Positions 27,677 to 37,343 of a DNA stretch of 64,000 nt are shown piece by piece. The notes under the pieces are model-generated. The model made no database searches. It worked only from the letters and a program-made list of their open reading frames with translations, and was not told the DNA's origin. Every line of letters starts with the position of its first letter. The stretch's first letter is position 1. This DNA is from an uncultured Christensenella sp. (GTDB taxonomy: Bacteria > Bacillota > Clostridia > Christensenellales > UBA1242), in contig CATKZB010000004.1 of the NCBI GenBank assembly GCA_949841595.1, forward strand, positions 10,587 through 74,586, read 5' to 3'. The position numbers were made by a program, and so were the translations under genes.

Positions 27677-30049
27677 TTAATTTTCATTCCAATTCCAATC
27701 AGCCACTTCTGGCATGTCAACGCCATACTCAACAATATAATTTTTGTGTTTTTCCAGTTTTTCCTTCATCTCTTTGGCAATTTCATCTTTTTTCTTCTTT
27801 GGCAAATCAAGATATTTAAGAGCTTTCAAAACAAGATGATATCTGTCAACTTTGTTGAGCACTCTCATATCAAATGCCGTTGTAATTGTGCCTTCTTCAC
27901 AATAGCCTGAAACATGCAAATTTTGATTTGCTCTTGAATAAGAAAGCATGTGAATAAGTTGTGGGTAGCCATGAAAGTTGAAAATGATTGGTTTATCTTT
28001 TGTGAACAATTTGTCAAATTCAGCGTCTGTCATGCCATGTGGATGAGCATGATTTGGCACCAACTTCATCAAATCGACAACATTGACAAATCTAACATTC
28101 AAGTTTGGTAAATATTTTTTGAGCAGTGTCACACAAGCCAAAGCCTCAATAGTTGCTGTGTCACCACAACTTGCAACAACAAGATCTGGATTTTTTGTGT
28201 TGTTCATTCCAGCCCACTTCCATTCACTTGCACCCTTTGCACAATGTTCTTTTGCTTCTTTCATAGAAAGCCATTGATATGAAGGATGTTTCGATGCCAC
28301 AATAACATTGACATAGTTTTTGCTCTTTGCACAATGGTCATAGCATGAAAGCAAACAGTTTGCATCTGCAGGAAGATAAATTCTGACAACATCTGCCTTT
28401 TTGTTTGCCAAATGATCCAAAAATCCTGGATCTTGATGTGTGAATCCATTGTGATCTTGTTGCCAAACATTGCTTGTCAAAATGAGATTTAATGAAGAAA
28501 TTGGTTCTCTCCATTCAATTTCATTGCAAACTTTAAGCCATTTTGCATGTTGAGCAACCATGCTGTCAACCACACGAATGAAAGCTTCATAGCTGTTGAA
28601 CATTCCATGTCTGCCAGTAAGCAAATATCCTTCCAGCCAGCCTTCACAGCAATGTTCCGAAAGAAAACTGTCCAAAATTCTGCCATCTGCAGAAAGTTTG
28701 TCATCTGTTGGCACTATTTTTGCATTAAAATCTCTGTTTTCTGCTTCAAAAGCTTTATAAAGTCTGTTACTCATCGCTTCATCGGGGCTGAAAATACGAT
28801 AATTTTTGTTCTCTTTATTGAGTTTAAACACATCTCTGACATAACCACCAAGCTCAAACATATCTTGTGTTTTGACCGTTCCGTGCCCTTCAAATTTCAC
28901 AGCATAGTCTTCAATGTCTGGGGTTTTAAGTTCTTTCAAAAGCAGTCCACCATTTGCATAAGGACTTGCTGTCATTCTTTTGTTTCCCTTTGGAACAACA
29001 CTTAAAAATTCTTTTTTAAGTCGATATTTTTTATCAAAAAGCTCGTCAGGATTGTAACTTTTAAGCCAGTTTTCCAACATTTCCAAATGTTCTTCTTTGC
29101 TCATATTGATTGGGATTTGATGTGCTCTGAAACTGTTCTCCACCATGTTTCCATCTACTTCTTTTGGCCCAGTCCAACCTTTTGGAGTTCTTAAAATAAT
29201 CATCGGCCAAACATTATCAAGTTTTTCGCCTTTTTTAAGCCCTTTTCTTGCCTTGCGTTGAATATCTTTGATTTTTTCAACGCATTTGTCCATGGCTTCT
29301 GCCATTGCTTTGTGCATTGTCATCGGATCGCTTCCTTCAACCAAAACAGGTTCATAGCCATAGCCCACAAAAAGTGCAGAAAGCTCTTTATTTGAAATTC
29401 TTGAAAGCACTGTTGGGTTGTTTATCTTATATCCATTCAAATGCAAAACAGGAAGCACAGCTCCATCCGTTTTTGGATTGATAAATTTGTTGCTGTGCCA
29501 AGATGTTGCAAGTGGTCCAGTTTCAGCTTCGCCGTCTCCCACAATCACCGTTGCAATCAAATCAGGATTGTCAAAAACAGCACCATATCCGTGTGCCAGA
29601 CTGTAACCTAATTCTCCACCTTCGTTTATTGATCCTGGAGTTTCTGGCACGCAGTGAGAACCAATTCCCCCAGGGAAAGAGAATCGTTTGCATAACTTTT
29701 GCATACCTTCTCTATCTTGTGAAATTTGTGGATAGACTTCACTGTAAACCCCTTCCAGAAAGCTGTTTGCCACCAAAAAGTTTCCACCATGTCCAGGGCC
29801 AGATAGCAAAATCATGTCAAGATCATATTTGTTGATAACTCTGTCACAATGAGCATACACAAAATTTTGTCCAGGCACAGTTCCCCAATGCCCAACCAAC
29901 TTTTGCTTGATATCACTCTTGCAAAGTTTGTGATCTCTCAAAAGTGGATTATCCAAAAGATAGAGTTGTGCAACAGACAAATAATTTGCAGCACGCCAAT
30001 ATCCATCCAAATTTTTCAAATATTCTTGACTAGAAAATTTATCCTTCAT
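27677..30049 (-). CDS. xfp: xylulose-5-phosphate/fructose-6-phosphate phosphoketolase
   Basis: ~790 aa. Characteristic N-terminus YWRAANYLSVAQLYL..NPLL and a GHWGTVPG, EGGELGY, GDGEAETGP thiamine-PP motif set. Confidence 0.9.
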   Translation of the reverse strand: MKDKFSSQEYLKNLDGYWRAANYLSVAQLYLLDNPLLRDHKLCKSDIKQKLVGHWGTVPGQNFVYAHCDRVINKYDLDMILLSGPGHGGNFLVANSFLEGVYSEVYPQISQDREGMQKLCKRFSFPGGIGSHCVPETPGSINEGGELGYSLAHGYGAVFDNPDLIATVIVGDGEAETGPLATSWHSNKFINPKTDGAVLPVLHLNGYKINNPTVLSRISNKELSALFVGYGYEPVLVEGSDPMTMHKAMAEAMDKCVEKIKDIQRKARKGLKKGEKLDNVWPMIILRTPKGWTGPKEVDGNMVENSFRAHQIPINMSKEEHLEMLENWLKSYNPDELFDKKYRLKKEFLSVVPKGNKRMTASPYANGGLLLKELKTPDIEDYAVKFEGHGTVKTQDMFELGGYVRDVFKLNKENKNYRIFSPDEAMSNRLYKAFEAENRDFNAKIVPTDDKLSADGRILDSFLSEHCCEGWLEGYLLTGRHGMFNSYEAFIRVVDSMVAQHAKWLKVCNEIEWREPISSLNLILTSNVWQQDHNGFTHQDPGFLDHLANKKADVVRIYLPADANCLLSCYDHCAKSKNYVNVIVASKHPSYQWLSMKEAKEHCAKGASEWKWAGMNNTKNPDLVVASCGDTATIEALACVTLLKKYLPNLNVRFVNVVDLMKLVPNHAHPHGMTDAEFDKLFTKDKPIIFNFHGYPQLIHMLSYSRANQNLHVSGYCEEGTITTAFDMRVLNKVDRYHLVLKALKYLDLPKKKKDEIAKEMKEKLEKHKNYIVEYGVDMPEVADWNWNEN

Positions 30050-30359
30050 AAACACTCCCTTTTATTTCTATTAATTATAACCCAAAACATGTGCAAGACA
30101 AAAACAAAATAATAAGTTTGTTTATAAAAAAATTTGCATTTCTGCAAATTTTTACTTTTTAATAAACTGAAATTGATAAACTCTTATGCAACAACTGTTG
30201 AATCTGTAAATTCTTTTTCAGTTAAACTTCCTGTCAATGTACCAGCATAGTTTCCACTTGTTGCTGTGATGTATTTGTTTGTTGAATTTATTTTTTCTTT
30301 CTTTTCACAATAATTTTGACTTAGTGAACTTTTATGTTATTATAAAAAAGGAGAAGATT

Positions 30360-31229
30360 ATGGAAAAAGCAAAAGTTTATTTCACAAAAGATTTAACCAG
30401 CAAAGCGTTGGTGAAAATTTTTGATGCTGTCAACAAACCTTTAAATGGAAAAGTGGCAGTTAAAGTACACTCTGGAGAAGCTGGAAATCAAAATTTTTTA
30501 CATCCAGAATTTTTTAAGGAAATCATAAAGCATGTTAATGGCACAGTTGTTGAATGTAACACTGCATATGAAGGGCAACGTAACACCACAGAAAAACACA
30601 AAAAATTGATTGAAAAACATGGCTGGACAAAATATTTTGATGTTGATTTGTTGGATGCAGAAGGACCAGACATTGAACTTGACATCCCAAATGGCAAAAC
30701 GATAAAGAAAAATTACATTGGCAAAAACACAAACAACTATGACTCAATGCTCGTGTTGTCTCACTTTAAAGGTCACCCAATGGGTGGATATGGTGGAGCA
30801 ATAAAGCAACTGTCAATTGGATGTGCTTCATCTTATGGAAAAGCATACATTCATGGTGCAGGCAAACCAGAAAGCATGTGGAGCACAGAGCAAAACTTGT
30901 TTTTAAGTTCAATGGCAGATTCTGCAACTTCTGTTGTAAACTTTTTCAAAGGAAACATCGTCTATATAAATGTTATGTGCAACATGTCTGTCGACTGCGA
31001 CTGTTGTGCTGTTGCAGAAGATCCATGCTTGAAAGATATTGGCATCTTGGCATCCACTGACCCAGTAGCCATTGACAAAGCGTGCATTGACTTGGTTAAA
31101 AATTGTAACGACAAAGGTAAGGAACATTTCCTTGAAAGAGTTAAAAGCAGAAATGGAGAATACACAATTGAATGTGCAGAGAGATTAAATCTTGGCACAA
31201 CAAAATACGTCCTAATAAACTTAGATTAA
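30360..31229 (+). CDS. DUF362/COG2768-type uncharacterised Fe-S centre protein
   Basis: KVYFTKDL...VAVKVHSGEAGN...LSHFKGHPMGGYGGAIKQLSIGC pattern. Start at MEKAKVYF after an AAGGAGAAG RBS. Confidence 0.6.
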   Translation: MEKAKVYFTKDLTSKALVKIFDAVNKPLNGKVAVKVHSGEAGNQNFLHPEFFKEIIKHVNGTVVECNTAYEGQRNTTEKHKKLIEKHGWTKYFDVDLLDAEGPDIELDIPNGKTIKKNYIGKNTNNYDSMLVLSHFKGHPMGGYGGAIKQLSIGCASSYGKAYIHGAGKPESMWSTEQNLFLSSMADSATSVVNFFKGNIVYINVMCNMSVDCDCCAVAEDPCLKDIGILASTDPVAIDKACIDLVKNCNDKGKEHFLERVKSRNGEYTIECAERLNLGTTKYVLINLD

Positions 31230-31230
31230 A

Positions 31231-31265
31231 AAAAGTATCTGCAAACTAACGCAGATACTTTTTAT
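31231..31265. terminator. bidirectional intrinsic terminator
   Basis: Stem AGTATCTGC/GCAGATACT with flanking A-run and T-run. Confidence 0.65.
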
Positions 31266-31293
31266 TATATAAAAATAAATAATACATAAATTT

Positions 31294-31839
31294 TTAACTT
31301 TTCCTTCTAAGTGTATCATACATATCATTAAAATTTAAAAACTTGTTATTCCAAGCCACATAATCACCATTTTCTTTTAAACATTTTGTGCAAATATAAT
31401 ATCCATATTTCTTTGTTTTTGTATCTTCAATAGTATACTTTTCAACAAAATCCATCTCTTCAATATAGAGCCAAGTTGAGGGTCTATTTCTTCTTAAATT
31501 ACTTTCTGCCCTTAAATATTTTATATCATCTAATTGCTTACAATATTCTATTGTATCTAAAAGTATTTGTCTTCCATAACCTTTCCCTCGAAATTCTGGT
31601 GAAATACAAAACCAATTTAACCATAAAGAACTTGCATCTTTATTTTCTTGATAAACTCCAGTGATACCTATGGGCGTGTCATCTATATAAGCTATAAAAT
31701 CCATATTTTTAGGATCGTTTTGCATATAATGCTTAACATAAACTCCCCTATCAGGTTCGTTTGGCCATTCATTTTTTTGTAAATTATAAGCAATATCAAC
31801 GTTTGTTGCATCAACTTTTATGTACCTTATTTTTTTCAT
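31294..31839 (-). CDS. GNAT family N-acetyltransferase
   Basis: FCISPEFRGKGYGRQIL acetyl-CoA binding-type motif; 181 aa. Confidence 0.7.
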   Translation of the reverse strand: MKKIRYIKVDATNVDIAYNLQKNEWPNEPDRGVYVKHYMQNDPKNMDFIAYIDDTPIGITGVYQENKDASSLWLNWFCISPEFRGKGYGRQILLDTIEYCKQLDDIKYLRAESNLRRNRPSTWLYIEEMDFVEKYTIEDTKTKKYGYYICTKCLKENGDYVAWNNKFLNFNDMYDTLRRKS

Positions 31840-31891
31840 AAATTCCTCATTTAATTTAAAATAAAAAAAGTCTCTTACTAGAAACTCTTAC

Positions 31892-31937
31892 TGGTTGGAT
31901 TGAGTGGACTCGAACCACCGACCCCCACCTTATCAGG
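31892..31937 (-). pseudogene. displaced 3' half of a tRNA-Ile(GAU) gene (anticodon loop to CCA), acceptor variant CAATCCA
   Basis: 31888..31937 is identical to 41828..41877 of the intact tRNA-Ile except A/C at 31899. No 5' half is adjacent. Confidence 0.8.
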
Positions 31938-32045
31938 AAAGTTGACCTTTTTCTTTGGGGTTATACGACTATGCTTAATTGAGCCTATATATAAAGGTTT
32001 TTTGACACCTTTGAAATGTTTTTGATGTCAATCATTTTCTTTCTC

Positions 32046-32067
32046 TTGACATCAGTTGACATCAAAT
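32046..32067 (+). repeat. 22-bp repeat TTGACATCAgTTGACATCAAAT (left end of element)
   Basis: 21/22 identical to 41622..41643. An inverted extra copy TGATGTCAA lies at 32023..32031. Confidence 0.8.
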
Positions 32068-32176
32068 GTGTTATTTTTAATAAAATTGTGTGCTTTTGAA
32101 CTGCCTAAAACTATGAAAGACTAAACTGAACTTTTAAAGAAAGTTTTATAAAAACAATACAAATCAGCAAAGTTTA

Positions 32177-32185
32177 TGATATAAT
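32177..32185 (+). promoter_or_regulatory. extended -10 (TGATATAAT) 6 nt from ATG (predicted leaderless)
   Basis: TGATATAAT, then AAAAGT, then ATG at 32192. The same 15-mer TATAATAAAAGTATG occurs at 23549. The -35 is weak. Confidence 0.45.
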
Positions 32186-32191
32186 AAAAGT

Positions 32192-32965
32192 ATGGTTAAA
32201 GAAATTTTTATAAAAAATAGACAAGGTCTAAAAATGGCTGTTAGATTGAATATTGATGAGCAAAGAACAAAGCTTGTATTTTTGGAACATGGACTTGGTG
32301 CAAGAAAAGAATATCCTCACATGGCTGTGCTGGAAGAAGTTTTCGCAAAAAATGGTTTTAATGTTGTCAATTTGGATGCAACCAATTCATTAAACGCAAG
32401 TGATAGCTCTACCGAAGGCATAACTTTCACAAGCCATTATCACGATTTAGAAGATGTTATCACTTGGGTAAAATCACAAAACTTTTACACTGAGCCATTT
32501 GCGCTTGCTGGGCAATCTCTTGGTGCCGCTTCTTGTATAAATTACGCAGGAAACTATCCACAAAAAGTTGACTGGTTGTTGTTTGCTGCTTGCCCTTTTA
32601 TAGACGGAAATGAGTTGCTCGAAAAAGATGAAATGATGAAACATATTGAAAAATATGGTTTTCTTGAAAAGGTCTCTCGCAGCACTGGCAAAACTCTTAG
32701 AATAAACAAAATTTTTAATGAAGATGTAAAATCTTACAACCTAACAAAACAAATTAAAAACATCACAGCCACTACCTATGTTGTGCAGGGATTGTGTGAT
32801 GAAAAATACATCATTGAAAATAACAAACAAATTTATGATATGCTTAATTGCGAAAAACAAATATATCTTCTTCCAAATGTGCCACATGATTTGGCTAATA
32901 CACAAGAAACAAAAGAAATTTTTGAAAACGCATTGAAAGAGATATTTAATCAAAAGGAGAGATGA
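32192..32965 (+). CDS. alpha/beta hydrolase
   Basis: Nucleophile elbow GQSLG and a C-terminal His (VPHD); 257 aa. Confidence 0.65.
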   Translation: MVKEIFIKNRQGLKMAVRLNIDEQRTKLVFLEHGLGARKEYPHMAVLEEVFAKNGFNVVNLDATNSLNASDSSTEGITFTSHYHDLEDVITWVKSQNFYTEPFALAGQSLGAASCINYAGNYPQKVDWLLFAACPFIDGNELLEKDEMMKHIEKYGFLEKVSRSTGKTLRINKIFNEDVKSYNLTKQIKNITATTYVVQGLCDEKYIIENNKQIYDMLNCEKQIYLLPNVPHDLANTQETKEIFENALKEIFNQKER

Positions 32966-32971
32966 TGTTGG

Positions 32972-33823
32972 ATGAAAATTATCGAAGTTGAAACAAAGCG
33001 TGGAGACATATTGTGTGGGTGTCTTTATGGAGAGAAATATAAAGAAACTTGCGTTATAATCACAAATGGAACTTGTGGAAGCATATTTGAAAATAAGTTT
33101 TTGCAAGTTGTTGGTGAAGAATTAGAGAAACATAAAATTTCTTTTATTTATGCGCACAACAGCGGTGCATTTCATAGAATTGACACCAAAACGAAAAGCG
33201 GCAAGCCATCTGGTTGCACTTACGAACTGTTTGACAATTGCTTGGAAGATTTGCAAGCCTATGTTGATTGGGCAAAAGAAAGCAGATTTAAACACATCAT
33301 TTTAGGCGGACATTCTTACGGAACAAACAAAGTTGTTTACTATCTTTCAAAGAATCAAAACGAGATGATTGATAAGTATATTTTGATTTCGCCAACAGAT
33401 ACAGGCTATCTTAAAGAACATGAGAAGTTGTCAGCAGATGAACTTATGCCAATCGCTCTCAAATTTAAAGAAGAAAATAAACTTGATGAATTGCTGCCTA
33501 TTGCGTTTGACAATTGGAATCTTTACACAGCTCGTGCATTTTTAGATTTTATTGAAAACAAACACGCAAAAAATTTACCTATTTACTCGAAGAATGGAAA
33601 TTGGAAGCAACTTAAAACGATTAAACAAACTGGTCTTTTTGTTATGGGTGAAAAAGACGGTTTTGCATTTGGAAACACCTCAAATCATCTTCAAACAATA
33701 AACGCAAACAGCAAAAACAAAAATAATATTCTTGCAGTTATCGACAGCGCTGGACACACTTTTAGAAACAGAGAACAAGAACTTGCAAACACAATTTTAA
33801 ATTTTGTTAAGGAGTCAAAATGA
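32972..33823 (+). CDS. alpha/beta hydrolase (second, divergent)
   Basis: Nucleophile elbow GHSYG and AGH near the C-terminus; 283 aa. Confidence 0.6.
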   Translation: MKIIEVETKRGDILCGCLYGEKYKETCVIITNGTCGSIFENKFLQVVGEELEKHKISFIYAHNSGAFHRIDTKTKSGKPSGCTYELFDNCLEDLQAYVDWAKESRFKHIILGGHSYGTNKVVYYLSKNQNEMIDKYILISPTDTGYLKEHEKLSADELMPIALKFKEENKLDELLPIAFDNWNLYTARAFLDFIENKHAKNLPIYSKNGNWKQLKTIKQTGLFVMGEKDGFAFGNTSNHLQTINANSKNKNNILAVIDSAGHTFRNREQELANTILNFVKESK

Positions 33824-34380
33824 ATTTAAAAGATATTCAACAAAAAGCCAAAAATGGTGATGGATTATCCACTTACATTTTGGGCAGAGCTTATTATAGC
33901 AGTGAACTTGGATTAAAAACAAATTACCCTAAGTCTTTTGAGTGCTATAACTATGGATACAAGCAATTGAACGATCCAAGGTGTGAATATGGCTTTGCAA
34001 TGTTCTATTTTGATGACGGAGAAAGTGAAAGCGAAGGAGTTGTTGAAAAAGATAATGAATATGCAAACAAACTTTTTGCTGAAGCATATCCAAAACTCGT
34101 TGAACTAGCAAAAAATGGTGATATGTATTCTAATTTCATTTTAGGTGCTTATTACAACTATGGAATTGGTGGAATAAAGAAAGATTTTTCAGTCGCAATA
34201 AAATATATTCAACAAAGTGCTGACTTAGGTCATTCTGGCGCTTGTTATGACATGGGCAGGTTTTACACTGAAGGACGTGGTGTAAAACAAAATTTGGAAG
34301 AAGCAAAAAGATACTTTGAAAAAGCTTCAAAAATGGGCAATGTTCGGGCAAAAGCATTTTTGGAAAAGGAGCAAAAATGA
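33820..34380 (+). CDS. Sel1-like (TPR-family) repeat protein
   Basis: Repeated A..YY..G.G...D...A..Y...A units ending in GNVRAKAFL. ATGA overlap with the upstream gene. Confidence 0.75.
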   Translation: MNLKDIQQKAKNGDGLSTYILGRAYYSSELGLKTNYPKSFECYNYGYKQLNDPRCEYGFAMFYFDDGESESEGVVEKDNEYANKLFAEAYPKLVELAKNGDMYSNFILGAYYNYGIGGIKKDFSVAIKYIQQSADLGHSGACYDMGRFYTEGRGVKQNLEEAKRYFEKASKMGNVRAKAFLEKEQK

Positions 34381-35264
34381 AAAAAGGGCTTCTAATTGGA
34401 TTTACAAAATGGCAAACAGAATGTGCATATAAGATTTATGCCGAATTCTTTGCAAAACACAATATAAAACTTGATTTGTTAAAGATTGATGAATATGTGC
34501 TTGCAATAGAAAATGGCAAACCAAACATAAAGGTAAAAGATTATGATTTTTGTGTAATGTTGGTTAAGGACCAATATATTTCAACATTATTTGAAAAGCA
34601 AGGAAAACTTTGTTTTAATGGGTATAAAGAAATGTCATCATCTGATGATAAATTTTTGACTTATGTTAAACTTGCTGAAAACAATATTCCACTTCCTAAA
34701 ACATTGTCTGGCAACACAGACTTTGATGGTCTAAAAATCTCTGACTATAAACGAAGCGATAGTTTTAGAAATAAAGTTGAAGATTATTTAGGTTATCCTT
34801 TTGTTGCAAAGCCAACTTTTGGCTACGGTGGTAAAGGTGTTGTTATCATAAACAATCGCAAAGAGTTTAATATTTTTCTTGATAATGTTGGTCAAGAGGC
34901 TTATATATATCAAGAGTTTATTCCTGACAATCCGGGTTCGGATATTCGTGTTATGGTTGTTGGTGGTAAAGTTATATTTTCCATTATGAGAAACAATCCC
35001 AATAGTTTCATTAGCAATGTTTCAAGTGGTGGAAATGCAACTAAATTTGAAGCTACAAAAGAACAAAAGAAAATAGCTGTGAAAGTTGCAAAAATTCTTG
35101 GCTTGGAACATTGTGCGGTTGACTTTTTCAATATGGAAGATGGCAGACCGCTTTTGTGTGAAGTCAATGCCAATGCGGGTGGAATTGAAATAAATGAAAA
35201 GCTGACTGGAATAAATCAAGCTGAAAAGTTTGTTGAATATATAGTCGAAAAAATATCTAAATAG
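34377..35264 (+). CDS. RimK-family ATP-grasp ligase
   Basis: GYPFVAKPTFGYGGKGV, IYQEFI, DIRVMVVGGKVI, CEVNANAG motifs. ATGA overlap with the upstream gene. Confidence 0.75.
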   Translation: MKKGLLIGFTKWQTECAYKIYAEFFAKHNIKLDLLKIDEYVLAIENGKPNIKVKDYDFCVMLVKDQYISTLFEKQGKLCFNGYKEMSSSDDKFLTYVKLAENNIPLPKTLSGNTDFDGLKISDYKRSDSFRNKVEDYLGYPFVAKPTFGYGGKGVVIINNRKEFNIFLDNVGQEAYIYQEFIPDNPGSDIRVMVVGGKVIFSIMRNNPNSFISNVSSGGNATKFEATKEQKKIAVKVAKILGLEHCAVDFFNMEDGRPLLCEVNANAGGIEINEKLTGINQAEKFVEYIVEKISK

Positions 35265-35294
35265 AAATGCAAAACGCACTTGTTGTGAACAAAA

Positions 35295-35330
35295 GGAAGC
35301 ATGGCAAAAAACATCATGCTTTTTCTTTTT
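35295..35330 (+). terminator. intrinsic terminator ending the cargo operon
   Basis: Stem AAGCATG/CATGCTT followed by TTTCTTTTT. Confidence 0.55.
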
Positions 35331-35435
35331 GTTGTCCATTATTTAGGACAAGTGGTGGGATGTGTCAATGTTCGACAAAGAATGTTGTCGCTTTTGAAAG
35401 ATTTTTGAGTTTTGTTATGCTATACTTAAAGTGGA

Positions 35436-36200
35436 ATGGAAGAAAAATTTTATGTTAAGATTAAAGATGATTTTGGCGTAGTTCGTGAGTTTGAAGTTCC
35501 TACACTTAAAATGAAAATTGCGATTGACAACATTGACAAAGATTTAAAGGAACAAAACAAACATGACGCTATGAACTATGCACGTTCTTTTTCTGCCTAT
35601 CCAAGTGAGGACTACATAAGTTATAAAGCCAAGCAGTTTGATGACAGCAAACTTATTTCATATTTTGAGCAGCAGCGAGAGATTTTGAAAAAGGCAATTT
35701 GGAAAGTTGTCAAAAATGTGACAAACGAGAAATACAAAAAGATTTTGTATATGAGATTTATTGGCAAAATGAAATTCAATAAGATTGCCGAAAAACTTGA
35801 CTGCTCTAAACAAAGCATATCCGATAACTACAAAACAGCCATTGATGATTTGAGAGTTTTGCTTTGTGAGAATAAAGATTTTCAAAACACATATTTCTTT
35901 AAGCATTGGAAAGAACATTTAAAGATTGAAACTAACTTGATTGCAAAGGAAAAGTTGAACGAATTTGCAAAGACAAAAGACTTTTCTTCAATCACGAGCA
36001 TAGATAAAATTATTGATTTTGTTGATGAAGTCAAAACAATCCAGAAGAAAGAAAAGAAACTTGGTTTGACTGAAAAAACACAAAAAGCATTTAAAGAACA
36101 AAAATTCAATTTTTTTGGCAAAGAATATTCTGTTCAAGATATGTTTGATGTTGTTAGCGAGTTTTTAGAGCCTTTTAGAGAAAAACAAGAGAAAAAATAA
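35436..36200 (+). CDS. sigma-70 region-4-like HTH protein
   Basis: KKILYMRFIGKMKFNKIAEKLDCSKQSISDNYKTAIDDL resembles a sigma region 4 / LuxR-type HTH. Similar small sigma-like genes are common in Bacillota mobile elements. Confidence 0.5.
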   Translation: MEEKFYVKIKDDFGVVREFEVPTLKMKIAIDNIDKDLKEQNKHDAMNYARSFSAYPSEDYISYKAKQFDDSKLISYFEQQREILKKAIWKVVKNVTNEKYKKILYMRFIGKMKFNKIAEKLDCSKQSISDNYKTAIDDLRVLLCENKDFQNTYFFKHWKEHLKIETNLIAKEKLNEFAKTKDFSSITSIDKIIDFVDEVKTIQKKEKKLGLTEKTQKAFKEQKFNFFGKEYSVQDMFDVVSEFLEPFREKQEKK

Positions 36201-36218
36201 GTCATTTTTATCAATGAC

Positions 36219-36632
36219 TTAAATATTATTTAAAACATTGTATAGATTTATTAAGATTTGCGATGTGGCTTCAAACTTAAACTTTAATTGAAAAGTATCA
36301 TCTATAGTATTACCAAGTTCCCCACTGACTTCAACCTTGTTATTCTTACAGTCAAATAGTATCCAGCCATTTGTATCTTGCTCTTGGTCTTCAATCTTAA
36401 TTTGTCTTTCAGTATAATTATCAACTTGTTGTTTTAATACAGGAAGAAATTCGTCAAGTTGCAGTTGGAAACCATCTTCTGCAGAATATTTTAAGGGTTC
36501 CTGACTTACCCAAGATGAGGTCTTCGCTTTTATACCAAAGATGAACCCTTCAAGAAAGTCAAAAGAGCTAATGTTCCCAGTTGATTTAACATACATGATA
36601 ATTTGTGTATCTTCCCAAATTGTTTGTTCCAT
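36219..36632 (-). CDS. hypothetical protein
   Basis: 137 aa acidic ORF. It is the only minus-strand gene inside the element. Confidence 0.4.
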   Translation of the reverse strand: MEQTIWEDTQIIMYVKSTGNISSFDFLEGFIFGIKAKTSSWVSQEPLKYSAEDGFQLQLDEFLPVLKQQVDNYTERQIKIEDQEQDTNGWILFDCKNNKVEVSGELGNTIDDTFQLKFKFEATSQILINLYNVLNNI

Positions 36633-36884
36633 ACTTTGAATCCTTTATGTCAATATTATAGCACTTAATTTGTTTTTTGTATTAAAATTCCAAACAAATT
36701 TCAAAAAATTTTACTGAAAATATCAATTTACCCCTGACTTTTGCCTGTTTTTATACATATGTGAGGGGCAAATGCAAATTAAAGAGAACTGCACGCCACC
36801 AGCAGTTCTTTTTTCTTTGTGAAAATTTATTAAAAGGAGGATTAAAAATGCAACGCTTCTTAATTTACAAAACTTGGAGGAACA

Positions 36885-37343
36885 ATGGCAAGAATTAGAA
36901 CAAAAGATTTAAAAGACCGATATTTGTTTAGAGTGTATGATGAAAGCGAAAGCGAATTATTGCACCGAGCAATCACAAAGTTTAAAGACAACTTTGACAG
37001 TTTAAATGACGCCATAAAACATTTTGCTTTGGTTGGTGCTGACAAAATGCTTGGCGACAACAACTTAAATCAAGGAATAAACTTTTCAGAAATACGAAAA
37101 TATTTGCAAAGTATTGATGACAAACTTGCGGACATTTCTGGCAGACAAAAAATGGACTTTGTGGAAACAAACGCAGAAATCAAGACAAATCAATCACTCT
37201 TAAATTTGATAACAAAACTTTTACACAAGATAAATCAAATCAACATTGGCAATTACACAAACGATTGGAAATATTCCCCACTTGATGAATATGGACTTGA
37301 AGAAGAAAAACAAAATCACTTGCAGGAGCTTATGAATGACTAA
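36885..37343 (+). CDS. MobC-like relaxosome accessory protein (putative)
   Basis: GGAGG RBS. Small basic N-terminus. Overlaps the relaxase start by 8 nt. Assigned by position, not by motif. Confidence 0.4.
   Translation: MARIRTKDLKDRYLFRVYDESESELLHRAITKFKDNFDSLNDAIKHFALVGADKMLGDNNLNQGINFSEIRKYLQSIDDKLADISGRQKMDFVETNAEIKTNQSLLNLITKLLHKINQINIGNYTNDWKYSPLDEYGLEEEKQNHLQELMND

Noticed and set aside
30180-30285. Short minus-strand reading frame ending ...TNKYITATSGNYAGTLTGSLTEKEFTDSTVVA*
   Set aside because: No start codon or RBS was found and it is under 60 codons. It may be a gene remnant but cannot be supported.
35267-35458. 63-aa plus-strand ORF between the cargo operon and the sigma-like gene
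   Set aside because: It runs through the cargo-operon terminator hairpin, has no RBS and has an odd Cys/His-rich composition. It is likely spurious.
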